NCBI GenBank assembly: GCA_041158605.1
Contig: JBEBBB010000136.1
Coordinates: 1-28,344 of the forward strand
Reading direction: 5' to 3'
DNA length: 28,344 nucleotides
From: Pseudomonadota bacterium
GTDB lineage: Bacteria > Pseudomonadota > Gammaproteobacteria > Burkholderiales > Burkholderiaceae_C
A program made the translations under genes and the position numbers. The notes under the pieces were generated by a model. The model saw only the letters and a program-made list of their open reading frames with translations. It did no database searches and was not told the origin of the DNA. Below are positions 1 to 8,014 of the stretch, piece after piece; within the stretch, counting starts at the first letter, position 1; the number at the start of each line of letters is the position of its first letter.

Positions 1-144
1 GACACCAACCAGCCTAGCATCCGTTTGCCCAGCGAGCGCAATGGCTTGATGATGGTTTTCCGAACCTTTGACAACCTGTCTTATGCCCTCGTGCTCCAGA
101 TCACCGACGGGGTGCGCATCGGCGACCGCTTCACCAACCCCTGA
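1..144 (+). CDS. LysM peptidoglycan-binding domain protein, C-terminal fragment (5'-truncated by window)
   Basis: Frame 1 is open from base 1: DTNQPSIRLPSERNGLMMVFRTFDNLSYALVLQITDGVRIGDRFTNP-stop. This matches the C-terminus of the LysM protein (LPxERxGxxMVFRTF..SYAL) that usually precedes dprA in proteobacteria. Not in the ORF track. Confidence 0.8.
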   Translation, partial: DTNQPSIRLPSERNGLMMVFRTFDNLSYALVLQITDGVRIGDRFTNP

Positions 145-156
145 GCCACAGACACC

Positions 157-1260
157 GTGCTCGACCAGGACCTTGGCGCCTGGCTGCGCCTGACCTCTAC
201 CCCAGGTATTGGACGCGTCAAAGCGCGGCGTTTGCTGGCGGCCTTCGGCTGGCCCTCTGCGGTTTTTGACCAAACCCCGTCGGCGCTGGAACCCGTGGTG
301 GGCATGGCATTGGCCCACCGATTGCTGGCGCCTCCATCCAGCGATACGCAGGCCACCCTCCTAAACACCCAGGCGTGGCTGGCAGAAGCGGAGAACCGCC
401 ATGTGGTGGCGGTGGGTGACCCCGCTTACCCAGCCGACCTGTTGGAAACGGCAGACCCCCCCTTGTTGTTGTACGTGCTGGGGCAACTGCAGGTGCTCAA
501 CCCCACAGTTCACCGCTTGGCGGTGGTGGGGAGCCGCAACCCCACGGCACAAGGGGTGGAAAACGCGCGCCAGTTTGCCCGTGCCTTGGGAGAGGCCGGG
601 GTTTGTGTGGTGTCCGGATTGTCGTTGGGCATCGATGCCGCAGCCCACCAAGGGGCTTTGGCTGGTGGTGGGAGCACCATTGCCGTGGTCGGCACGGGCC
701 TGGACCGGGTGTACCCCCGGCAACACCGGGACCTGGCGCACGCCATTGCGGCAAACGGGGCTTTGGTCAGCGAATACCCCATTGGAACCGGGCCCCTCGC
801 GGCCCATTTCCCACAACGCAACCGCATCATCTCCGGTTTGTCACGGGGCACACTGGTCGTCGAGGCTGCCCTGAAATCGGGTTCTTTGATCACCGCTCGC
901 ACCGCGTTGGAGCAGGGTCGGGATGTTTACGCGATCCCGGGTTCCATACACGCCCCACAAGCCAAAGGCTGCCACGAATTGATCAAACAGGGGGCCCAGT
1001 TGGTGGAGTCCGCCGCTGACATCCTCGGGTTTGACCACCCAACCACAGGCGCGGGCCCCAACACCCCAAAAGCCAGCCCAGACCAGGAACACGCACCGTT
1101 GTTGGCCGCCATGGGCCACGACCCCATGGGTTTGGATACCCTGCAGGCGCGCACAGGTTGGTCTGTTGAGGCGCTGCAGGCCTCGTTGTTGACCCTGGAG
1201 CTGGAGGGGAGGGTCCAGCGTTTGCCGGGTGGGCTGTATGCCCCGTTGGTGCGGGCCTGA
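157..1260 (+). CDS. dprA: DNA-processing protein DprA (Smf)
   Basis: Motifs LAVVGSR, VVSGLSLGIDAAAHQGAL, FPQRNRIISGLS, VVEAALKSGSLITA, PGSIH..GCHELIKQGA, plus a C-terminal winged helix (LLTLELEGRVQRLPGG). GTG start. Confidence 0.97.
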   Translation: MLDQDLGAWLRLTSTPGIGRVKARRLLAAFGWPSAVFDQTPSALEPVVGMALAHRLLAPPSSDTQATLLNTQAWLAEAENRHVVAVGDPAYPADLLETADPPLLLYVLGQLQVLNPTVHRLAVVGSRNPTAQGVENARQFARALGEAGVCVVSGLSLGIDAAAHQGALAGGGSTIAVVGTGLDRVYPRQHRDLAHAIAANGALVSEYPIGTGPLAAHFPQRNRIISGLSRGTLVVEAALKSGSLITARTALEQGRDVYAIPGSIHAPQAKGCHELIKQGAQLVESAADILGFDHPTTGAGPNTPKASPDQEHAPLLAAMGHDPMGLDTLQARTGWSVEALQASLLTLELEGRVQRLPGGLYAPLVRA

Positions 1261-1271
1261 CGCCTGGCGGC

Positions 1272-3620
1272 TCAGGCCAACAAGCGCTCGGGATTGGCGT
1301 CGAGTTTCTGGAGAGCGTCCCGGGTGGCTTTGACCGTCAAGGCTTCGGTGTCCACCGGGCGCAACAACCCCGACTGCCAGTAAGCGGCCACACGGCCGCG
1401 TTGCAGCAGGAAGGACTGCTCGGACGAATTGACGAACAGGAAAAGGTGTTGGCGCTCACTGCGCCACGCCAATTGCACCTGTGTCGCGCGCCCGTTGTGC
1501 TCCAGGAAAAAGCGGTCACCCAGCTGCAGGGTTTTGACGCGGGCCGTGGCCTGGGCTCCGGCGGTCACGCCGGTGTTGGGCAACACCGTGATTTTGGAAG
1601 CGTCCACGCCTGTGATCATTTCCAGGCTTTCGGTGTTCAGCTCGAACTCGCCTTCATCGCCACCAGACAAGAAACCTTCGATGTCGGAGAGGTGGTGCAC
1701 CAGGTTGCCCAACCAGGCTTGATCGATCGGGGCGTTGCGTGACATGAACGCATCGGCCAAGGTGTCGCTGATGCGCTTGATAACCGTCTCTTGTTTGTCA
1801 GCCGGGTAACCCAACAACACCATGCCGTCGCGCAGCTTTTGCAGCAGCGCGGGTAACTTGGCAATCACCTGCGCCCGCTCTTGGCGGGTGGACTTGGAGC
1901 CAGCTGCCCACAACAGGTCACCGGCCGTCTGCTGCAAGGCACGGGCTGTTTCATGCTGGGCGCCGTACTTGACCACGGCCATGGCCATGACCTCGGCCCA
2001 CACTTGGAACAAAAATTGGCGTATCGCTTCGCGCACAGGCGCGTCGCCCAGCTGCTTGCGCAACTCAATGGTGAACTTGACCGTAAGGGTTTCTTTTTGT
2101 TCGATCTGCTGGGCCACATTGGCGACCTGACCCACCTTGCCTTGGTTCTGCAGGTGGGTGGACAAAAACTTCAAGAACTCTTTGTACATCAGCTCGAACA
2201 CGCGCCGGCCGGTCTCTGGGTACTGCTCGATCACCTGAACCACCCGGCGGATTTCTTTTTCCAGCGGTTCCAGGGACACCCCTGCATCGAACCCCATCAC
2301 ACAGGACCCCATGCGGTCGATCAGCATGCGGGCGGGGTGGTCGGTCGTGGACAAAAACTCGGGATCGGCCACCGCTGTGCGCAAAACAGGCATCTGCAAA
2401 CGGGCGAACCACACCCGGATGCTGGACGGAATGCGCTCCTCGGCCAAAATGCTTTCAAAAATCATGGCCACCACCTCGATCACCGCTTTTTCGTGATCGG
2501 TGCGGGCGGCCGCTTTCATGGCCTTGGCGAACTGCCTCACCCCCGCCGCGCTGGACTCGACGGTGCTCCAATCCATCTTCATGGTGGGGTTGTGGAACAC
2601 CTGGGTGGCCGGGAACGCCGGAGGCCGCTGGCGGGTGTCGCCCGCTTCGGTCACCGGCGCCGAAGCAACGGGGGCACGCCCCGCCACACTGGGGGCCGTC
2701 GACACAGGCGAGGAGGTCGCTGGAACGGGTGCCGCTGAAGGGGGTAGGGCTTCAGGGGTGCCACCAGCCATGCCCCTCAACCACTTGGCCGAGCCTGGCA
2801 GTTTGTCGGTCAGGAAGCGCATCAAACGCCCCGAGATATCCTCGGGGGCCGCATTGGCCACAGAGCCCGTACCGCCAGGGACCGCTGCGGGCTCGATACG
2901 GCCATGGACCGATGGCGTTGCGGTATCGGGAACAACGGGTGCCGCAGGAGGTTTGGGCGCGGCTGCAGAGTCCCCGCCGGGGGTGCGCCGCACCAACTGG
3001 CGCAAATCGATTTCGCGCAGCACACCACTGTCCAAGAGCAAGTCGTTGGCCAGCTTATAACCCTGCACCAGGGCCTGGACCAACAAGGGCTGGATGGCGA
3101 CTTTGCACATCTCCCAGTGATCCCGACCCAACCCGGCATCCAGCCAGGCATCCACCACCACCTGCGTGACATTGCTGGCCTGCAAGGGATCGTTTTTGTC
3201 CAGTTCGCTGGTACCATCCAAATGCTGGATGCGCAGCTTCAAGTCGTTGAACGTTTCACCCGACTTTTCGTTGACCAGCAAAGCGGCCCGTGCGGCCAGT
3301 ATCTGGTTTTCGACGGTCTCCTCACCCAAAAGGGTCAGCTCGCCGCCACGGTGCGCCGCGGCCCCAGCACCGACTGGGCCCTGCAAGCCCTCAAGCCGCC
3401 GCCGGGTGTCGGAGACCCATGCCGACTTCACCCGCCCAAACAGCTGCCATGCATCCCGCCTGCGGGTGGACTCACTGATGGTGCAAGGCTGGTCCAACAA
3501 GGCCAGCAGGTGCTGGTGGGCGGCCGTTGCCATGGGTTCCAGGTGCTGAACCACATGGCGCAGGTAGGCGCTGCGGGCCTGTGCCGCCAATCCTGTTGGG
3601 TGTGTTGGACTTGTTGTCAC
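1272..3620 (-). CDS. DUF1631 family protein (function unknown)
   Basis: 782 aa with family-type segments IEVVAMIFESIL..RLQMPVLRTAVADPEF..HPARMLID and C-terminal LAWRS..LFLFVN. Long Pro/Ala linker. GTG start, no Shine-Dalgarno. Confidence 0.8.
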   Translation of the reverse strand: MTTSPTHPTGLAAQARSAYLRHVVQHLEPMATAAHQHLLALLDQPCTISESTRRRDAWQLFGRVKSAWVSDTRRRLEGLQGPVGAGAAAHRGGELTLLGEETVENQILAARAALLVNEKSGETFNDLKLRIQHLDGTSELDKNDPLQASNVTQVVVDAWLDAGLGRDHWEMCKVAIQPLLVQALVQGYKLANDLLLDSGVLREIDLRQLVRRTPGGDSAAAPKPPAAPVVPDTATPSVHGRIEPAAVPGGTGSVANAAPEDISGRLMRFLTDKLPGSAKWLRGMAGGTPEALPPSAAPVPATSSPVSTAPSVAGRAPVASAPVTEAGDTRQRPPAFPATQVFHNPTMKMDWSTVESSAAGVRQFAKAMKAAARTDHEKAVIEVVAMIFESILAEERIPSSIRVWFARLQMPVLRTAVADPEFLSTTDHPARMLIDRMGSCVMGFDAGVSLEPLEKEIRRVVQVIEQYPETGRRVFELMYKEFLKFLSTHLQNQGKVGQVANVAQQIEQKETLTVKFTIELRKQLGDAPVREAIRQFLFQVWAEVMAMAVVKYGAQHETARALQQTAGDLLWAAGSKSTRQERAQVIAKLPALLQKLRDGMVLLGYPADKQETVIKRISDTLADAFMSRNAPIDQAWLGNLVHHLSDIEGFLSGGDEGEFELNTESLEMITGVDASKITVLPNTGVTAGAQATARVKTLQLGDRFFLEHNGRATQVQLAWRSERQHLFLFVNSSEQSFLLQRGRVAAYWQSGLLRPVDTEALTVKATRDALQKLDANPERLLA

Positions 3621-3653
3621 TGTTGCCAGTATGCCAGTGAAAAGGGAAACCGA

Positions 3654-4607
3654 TCAAACCACCGCACCAGCGTTCGGGTCGGTAGGGTCACCGGGTTTGG
3701 CCGCGGGGGCCTTGACCAGGTCTTCCCGTTTGATGCCCAACCACATCGCCACCGCCGCCGCCACAAACACAGACGAATAAATCCCAAACAGGATGCCTAT
3801 GGTGAGCGCCATCGCAAAATAGTGCAAGGTGGGGCCGCCAAACAACAGCATGGACAACACCATCACCTCGGTCGAGCCATGGGTGATGATGGTGCGGCTG
3901 ATGGTGGAGGTGATGGCGTGGTCAATGACCTGAACGGTGGTCATTTTGCGTTGCCGGCGGAAAGTCTCCCGGATACGGTCAAAAATCACCACCGACTCGT
4001 TGACCGAATACCCCAACACCGCCAACACCGCCGCCAACACCGCCAGGGAAAACTCCCACTGGAAAAAGGCAAAGAACCCCAGAATGATGATGACATCGTG
4101 GAGGTTGGCGATGATGGCTGAAACGGCGTATTTCCATTCAAACCGAATGGCCAGATACACCATGATGCCGCCGATCACAAAAGCCAGTGCTTTTAAACCA
4201 TCGGTCAACAACTCTTTGCCCACCTGGGGGCCCACAAACTCGGTGCGGCGCAAGGTCACAGCCGGGTTTTGGGCCTTGAGGGCGGACAACACGGTTTCAC
4301 TTTGTTGACCCGAGGTCTGGTTGGCGACCACGGGCAAGCGCATCATCACATCGCGCGAGGTCCCAAAATTCTGAACAGGGACCTCGGCATAACCCAGTTT
4401 CGCGACCACACCCCGGATGGCCTCCAAATCAGCGGGTTGTTCGTACGAGACCTCCAGCACCGTGCCGCCCGTGAATTCAACCGACAGGTTCAGGCCCCGG
4501 CTGAAAAGGAAAAACACCGCAGCAACAAAGGTGAGGAACGACACCGCATTCAGCACCAAAGCATGGCGCATGAACGGGATGTCTTTTTGGATGCGAAAAA
4601 GTTCCAT
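3654..4607 (-). CDS. secF: Protein translocase subunit SecF
   Basis: GLNLSVEFTGG, EFVGPQVG, HDVII, GYSVNESVVIFDRIRE, RTIIT, GIYSS motifs. Directly downstream of secD. Confidence 0.98.
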   Translation of the reverse strand: MELFRIQKDIPFMRHALVLNAVSFLTFVAAVFFLFSRGLNLSVEFTGGTVLEVSYEQPADLEAIRGVVAKLGYAEVPVQNFGTSRDVMMRLPVVANQTSGQQSETVLSALKAQNPAVTLRRTEFVGPQVGKELLTDGLKALAFVIGGIMVYLAIRFEWKYAVSAIIANLHDVIIILGFFAFFQWEFSLAVLAAVLAVLGYSVNESVVIFDRIRETFRRQRKMTTVQVIDHAITSTISRTIITHGSTEVMVLSMLLFGGPTLHYFAMALTIGILFGIYSSVFVAAAVAMWLGIKREDLVKAPAAKPGDPTDPNAGAVV

Positions 4608-4621
4608 GGAGATTCAGCCGT

Positions 4622-6514
4622 TTAATCGTTGCTGGCAGACCGGGCTGCGGCTTTGCCACCCTCGGCTTGCCAAATGGTGCCTATCGACAAGGATTTGAGC
4701 TTTTTCTGCCGGCCATACCAGAGGTTGACCAAACCACGCGAGAAAAACACGGCCGAGAACATGCTGGTCAAAATACCCAGGCAATGCACCACGGCGAAAC
4801 CCCGAACCGGTCCAGAACCAAAAGCCAGCAAGGCCAGACCGGCCAACAACGAGGTGATGTTGGAGTCCAGAATGGTGTCCCACGCGTGGTCATAACCGGT
4901 GTTGATGGCGGTCTGGGGAGAGGAACCGTTGCGCAGCTCTTCACGCACCCGCTCGTTGATCAACACGTTGGCGTCAATCGCCATGCCCAGCGCCAGCGCC
5001 ATGGCGGCCATACCGGGCAGGGTCAAGGTGGCCTGCAACATGGACAAAACCGCCACCAACAGCATGAGGTTAAAGCCCAGAGCCAAGCTGGAGAACACCC
5101 CAAACATCATGTAGTACACGCACATGAAGGCCACCACGGCCAAAAAGCCCCAGGCAACGCTGTTGAAGCCCATGCGGATGTTGTCAGCCCCCAAGCTGGG
5201 GCCAATGGTCCGCTCTTCCACAATGTCCATGGGTGCGGCCAGAGACCCTGCACGCAGCAGCAGCGCCGTGTCATTGGCCTCGGTGGTGGACATGCGCCCG
5301 GAAATTTGAACCCGCCCACCGCCAATTTCGGTCCGGATGACCGGGGCCGTGACGACCTCACCCTTGCCTTTTTCGAACAGCAGAATCGCCATGCGTTTGC
5401 CCACGTTTTCACGGGTCACATCCCGGAAAATGCGGGCGCCTTTGGCGTCCAAAGTCAGGTGAACGGCTGCTTCTTGGGTCTGGCTGTCAAACCCCGCTTG
5501 GGCGTCGGTGAGGTTTTCACCGGTCAGGACCACGTCCCGGCGGGTGATGACAGCCTGGCCGTTGCGGTCCAGGTGGCGCTCGGAGCCAAATGGCACCGCA
5601 GCAGCCCCCTGTTCGGCCGCGCGCCCGTCTGCGCTTTCGTCCACCAACCGAACCTCCAAGGTGGCGGTGCGACCCAGAATGTCTTTGGCCTTGGCGGTGT
5701 CTTGCACACCCGGCAACTGAACCACAATGCGGTCCAAACCCTGTTGTTGGATCACCGGCTCTGCCACCCCCAACTCATTGATGCGGTTGTGCAGGGTGGT
5801 GATGTTTTGTTTGAGGGCCTGCTCTTGAACACGGCGCGCGGCGTCGGGTTTGAGGCTCAGCGTGACTTTGGTCATGCCCCCATCAGGCGCTTCGGTGGAT
5901 TGGAGATCGGGAAACTGGTCTGTGATCACCCGCAACGCCGCAGTCTGCGTGGCGGTGTCGCGCAAACGCAGTTCGATGGTTTGCCCCTCGCGGCGCACAC
6001 CACCGTGCCGGATGTTTTTGTCCCGCAGGGCCGAACGGATGTCGCTGGCCACCACCTCGGACCTCTTTTCAAGGGCACCCGGCATGTCCACCTGCAACAT
6101 GAAGTGCACCCCACCCCGCAAATCAAGGCCCAGGTACATGGGCATGGCCCCCACCGCTTGCAACCAAGCGGGCGTGCGCGGCAGCAGGTTCAAGGCGACC
6201 ACGTACTGTGGGTTGGCGGGGTCTTTGTTCAACGCCCGGTCTATCGCGTCACGGGCTTTGATCTGGTCGTCTGTTGACTCGAAACGGGCCTTCACCGATT
6301 GCCCATCAAACTGGACCGCGGCAGCCGTCAAGCCTTGAGCAGCCAAAGCCTGCTCCACTGCAACAACAGACGTGGTGTCAAGCTTGACCGTGGCTTTGCC
6401 CGCTGACAGTTGAACCGCCGGAGCCTCGCCGAAAAAGTTGGGAACGGTGTAAAGCGTGGCGATCAACAACGCAACCACGATGGTCACGTACTTCCACAGC
6501 GGGTAACGGTTCAT
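4622..6514 (-). CDS. secD: Protein translocase subunit SecD
   Basis: MNRYPLWKY start, LGLDLRGGVHF, RINELGVAEP, IVVQLPG, EERTIGPSLG, TLPGMA, AIDANVLINER motifs. Confidence 0.98.
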   Translation of the reverse strand: MNRYPLWKYVTIVVALLIATLYTVPNFFGEAPAVQLSAGKATVKLDTTSVVAVEQALAAQGLTAAAVQFDGQSVKARFESTDDQIKARDAIDRALNKDPANPQYVVALNLLPRTPAWLQAVGAMPMYLGLDLRGGVHFMLQVDMPGALEKRSEVVASDIRSALRDKNIRHGGVRREGQTIELRLRDTATQTAALRVITDQFPDLQSTEAPDGGMTKVTLSLKPDAARRVQEQALKQNITTLHNRINELGVAEPVIQQQGLDRIVVQLPGVQDTAKAKDILGRTATLEVRLVDESADGRAAEQGAAAVPFGSERHLDRNGQAVITRRDVVLTGENLTDAQAGFDSQTQEAAVHLTLDAKGARIFRDVTRENVGKRMAILLFEKGKGEVVTAPVIRTEIGGGRVQISGRMSTTEANDTALLLRAGSLAAPMDIVEERTIGPSLGADNIRMGFNSVAWGFLAVVAFMCVYYMMFGVFSSLALGFNLMLLVAVLSMLQATLTLPGMAAMALALGMAIDANVLINERVREELRNGSSPQTAINTGYDHAWDTILDSNITSLLAGLALLAFGSGPVRGFAVVHCLGILTSMFSAVFFSRGLVNLWYGRQKKLKSLSIGTIWQAEGGKAAARSASND

Positions 6515-6579
6515 GAGCGGTTCGCTCCATTAGGCGCTAAAGGCGGACCACCACCCCACGCGCCGGTTGGCCACAGGGC

Positions 6580-6900
6580 TTATTTGATGCTGCCTTTAGG
6601 CAGCACTTGGGCCACGGCAGTGCGCTGCAATTGCACTTCAACGCCCGGGGCCAGTTCCACACCCACGTTGCCGTCACCAATTTTGGTGACCTTGCCCAAA
6701 ATACCACCGGCTGTAACAACCTCATCGCCTTTGGCCAGGCCATCGACCATGGCCTTGTGCTCTTTTTGGCGTTTCATTTGGGGCCGGATCATGACGAAAT
6801 ACAGCACCACAAACATCAACACCAATGGCAACATGCCCATCAGGGTGGACTGGGTATCACCGCCAGAGGCGGCCTGGGCGTAAGCAGAAGAAATGAACAC
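6580..6900 (-). CDS. yajC: Preprotein translocase subunit YajC
   Basis: FISSAYAQ..LMFVVLYFVMIRPQMKRQKEH..GDEVVTAGGILG. Start moved from 6966 (ORF track) to the GTG at 6900, which has AGGA 7 nt upstream. Confidence 0.96.
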   Translation of the reverse strand: MFISSAYAQAASGGDTQSTLMGMLPLVLMFVVLYFVMIRPQMKRQKEHKAMVDGLAKGDEVVTAGGILGKVTKIGDGNVGVELAPGVEVQLQRTAVAQVLPKGSIK

Positions 6901-6968
6901 GTTGGGATTCCTGTATCGGTGCCTGTGACAAGGGGTGTTCGTGGTGAACACCACACTGGTAACCAACC

Positions 6969-6974
6969 ATTCTA
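6969..6974 (-). promoter_or_regulatory. Candidate sigma70 -10 element (TAGAAT) for yajC-secD-secF
   Basis: Reverse complement of attcta, about 70 nt upstream of yajC. No good -35 at 17 bp spacing. Confidence 0.4.
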
Positions 6975-6995
6975 AACGCCCAGTGTGGCCAACGG

Positions 6996-7964
6996 TTAAT
7001 GAGGGGTTGCTTCCGCATCAACCGGAACGGGTTTGATTCGAACCGCCCACAACACACCTGCCACCAGACAGGCCACGCCGGCCAGCACTCCGGGCGACGG
7101 CCAGGTTCCACGCCACCAATAGGCATAGACCAAGGCGGCCAGGGTCTCAAACACGATCATTTGGCCCACCAAGGTGGTGGGCAGGCGCTGGCTGGCCTCG
7201 TTCCAACAGAGGGTACCCAGCCAAGAGGCCAAAAGGCCAACAGCCAACATCAACCCCCAAAACCGCACAGGGGTGGGCCCTGAGGGCATGTCAAACGGGT
7301 TGTTGGTGAGCCCCATCACCACCCAAAACACCCCAAAACCCAACAAGGCCAGCGGGAGGGTGGCCACACCCTGGGCGGTGGCCCATACCCTGGGGCTGCG
7401 ATCGGGGTGGTGGCGCAACCAATCGGCGTTGCGCAGGGGGTACCACGTCCAACAAGCCGCAGCCCCAACGGCCATCAAAGCACCCCAGACATAGGCCGCA
7501 GGATCCATGCCTCCACCGACCGGCGACTCGGCCCATTCCGCGTGGTTCACCAAACCGATACCCCAAGCGATCAACACCAAAGAGGGCATCAAACGCCTCC
7601 AGGGCAAACGGCCGTCTCGCTGCGCGTCTCTCAGGTTAGAGGCGATGGCGATGACCACGGGTAATGTGCCAATCACCATGGTGGTCAAGGGCCCGCCCGT
7701 GCGCTGTATCGATCCTGCCAACAACAGGTAGTACAGCAAATTGCCCACAGCGGCCAGCTTGAGGGCCTCCCACCAATCGGCCTTGGTGAACTGGCGCAGC
7801 GCACCACGGTCCAGCCACGCCAGGGGCACGCATATCAGACCAAAAGCCAGGTACCGGCCGACCGACTGCAAGGCAGCAGGGTACCCAGGCAACATCAAGG
7901 GCGCGACAAACACCAAGCCCCACATCAGGCCAGCCGCCAGCGCAAACCCTGTGCCCACCCCCAT
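6996..7964 (-). CDS. ytfF: DMT/EamA family transporter, YtfF-like
   Basis: Close resemblance to E. coli YtfF as recalled: ALAAGLMWGLVFVAP..YPAALQSVGRYLAFGLI..GNLLYY..IQRTG..MVIGTLPVV..QRDGRLPW. About 10 hydrophobic helices. Confidence 0.85.
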   Translation of the reverse strand: MGVGTGFALAAGLMWGLVFVAPLMLPGYPAALQSVGRYLAFGLICVPLAWLDRGALRQFTKADWWEALKLAAVGNLLYYLLLAGSIQRTGGPLTTMVIGTLPVVIAIASNLRDAQRDGRLPWRRLMPSLVLIAWGIGLVNHAEWAESPVGGGMDPAAYVWGALMAVGAAACWTWYPLRNADWLRHHPDRSPRVWATAQGVATLPLALLGFGVFWVVMGLTNNPFDMPSGPTPVRFWGLMLAVGLLASWLGTLCWNEASQRLPTTLVGQMIVFETLAALVYAYWWRGTWPSPGVLAGVACLVAGVLWAVRIKPVPVDAEATPH

Positions 7965-8014
7965 ACAACCGGCCTTTCAGAACCCAAAACGGCGAGTGTA
8001 GCGACCTGTCCCCT

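Noticed and set aside
3621-3656. secF and DUF1631 are in frame, separated only by a TGA and 11 sense codons (likewise LysM and dprA, 145-156), suggesting readthrough fusion
   Set aside because: One-in-three chance per junction; UGA-U is a strong termination context and no SECIS-like or readthrough stem follows.
6901-6995. Absence of queA/tgt upstream of yajC-secDF
   Set aside because: This linkage is variable across proteobacteria and there is no pseudogene remnant or scar here.
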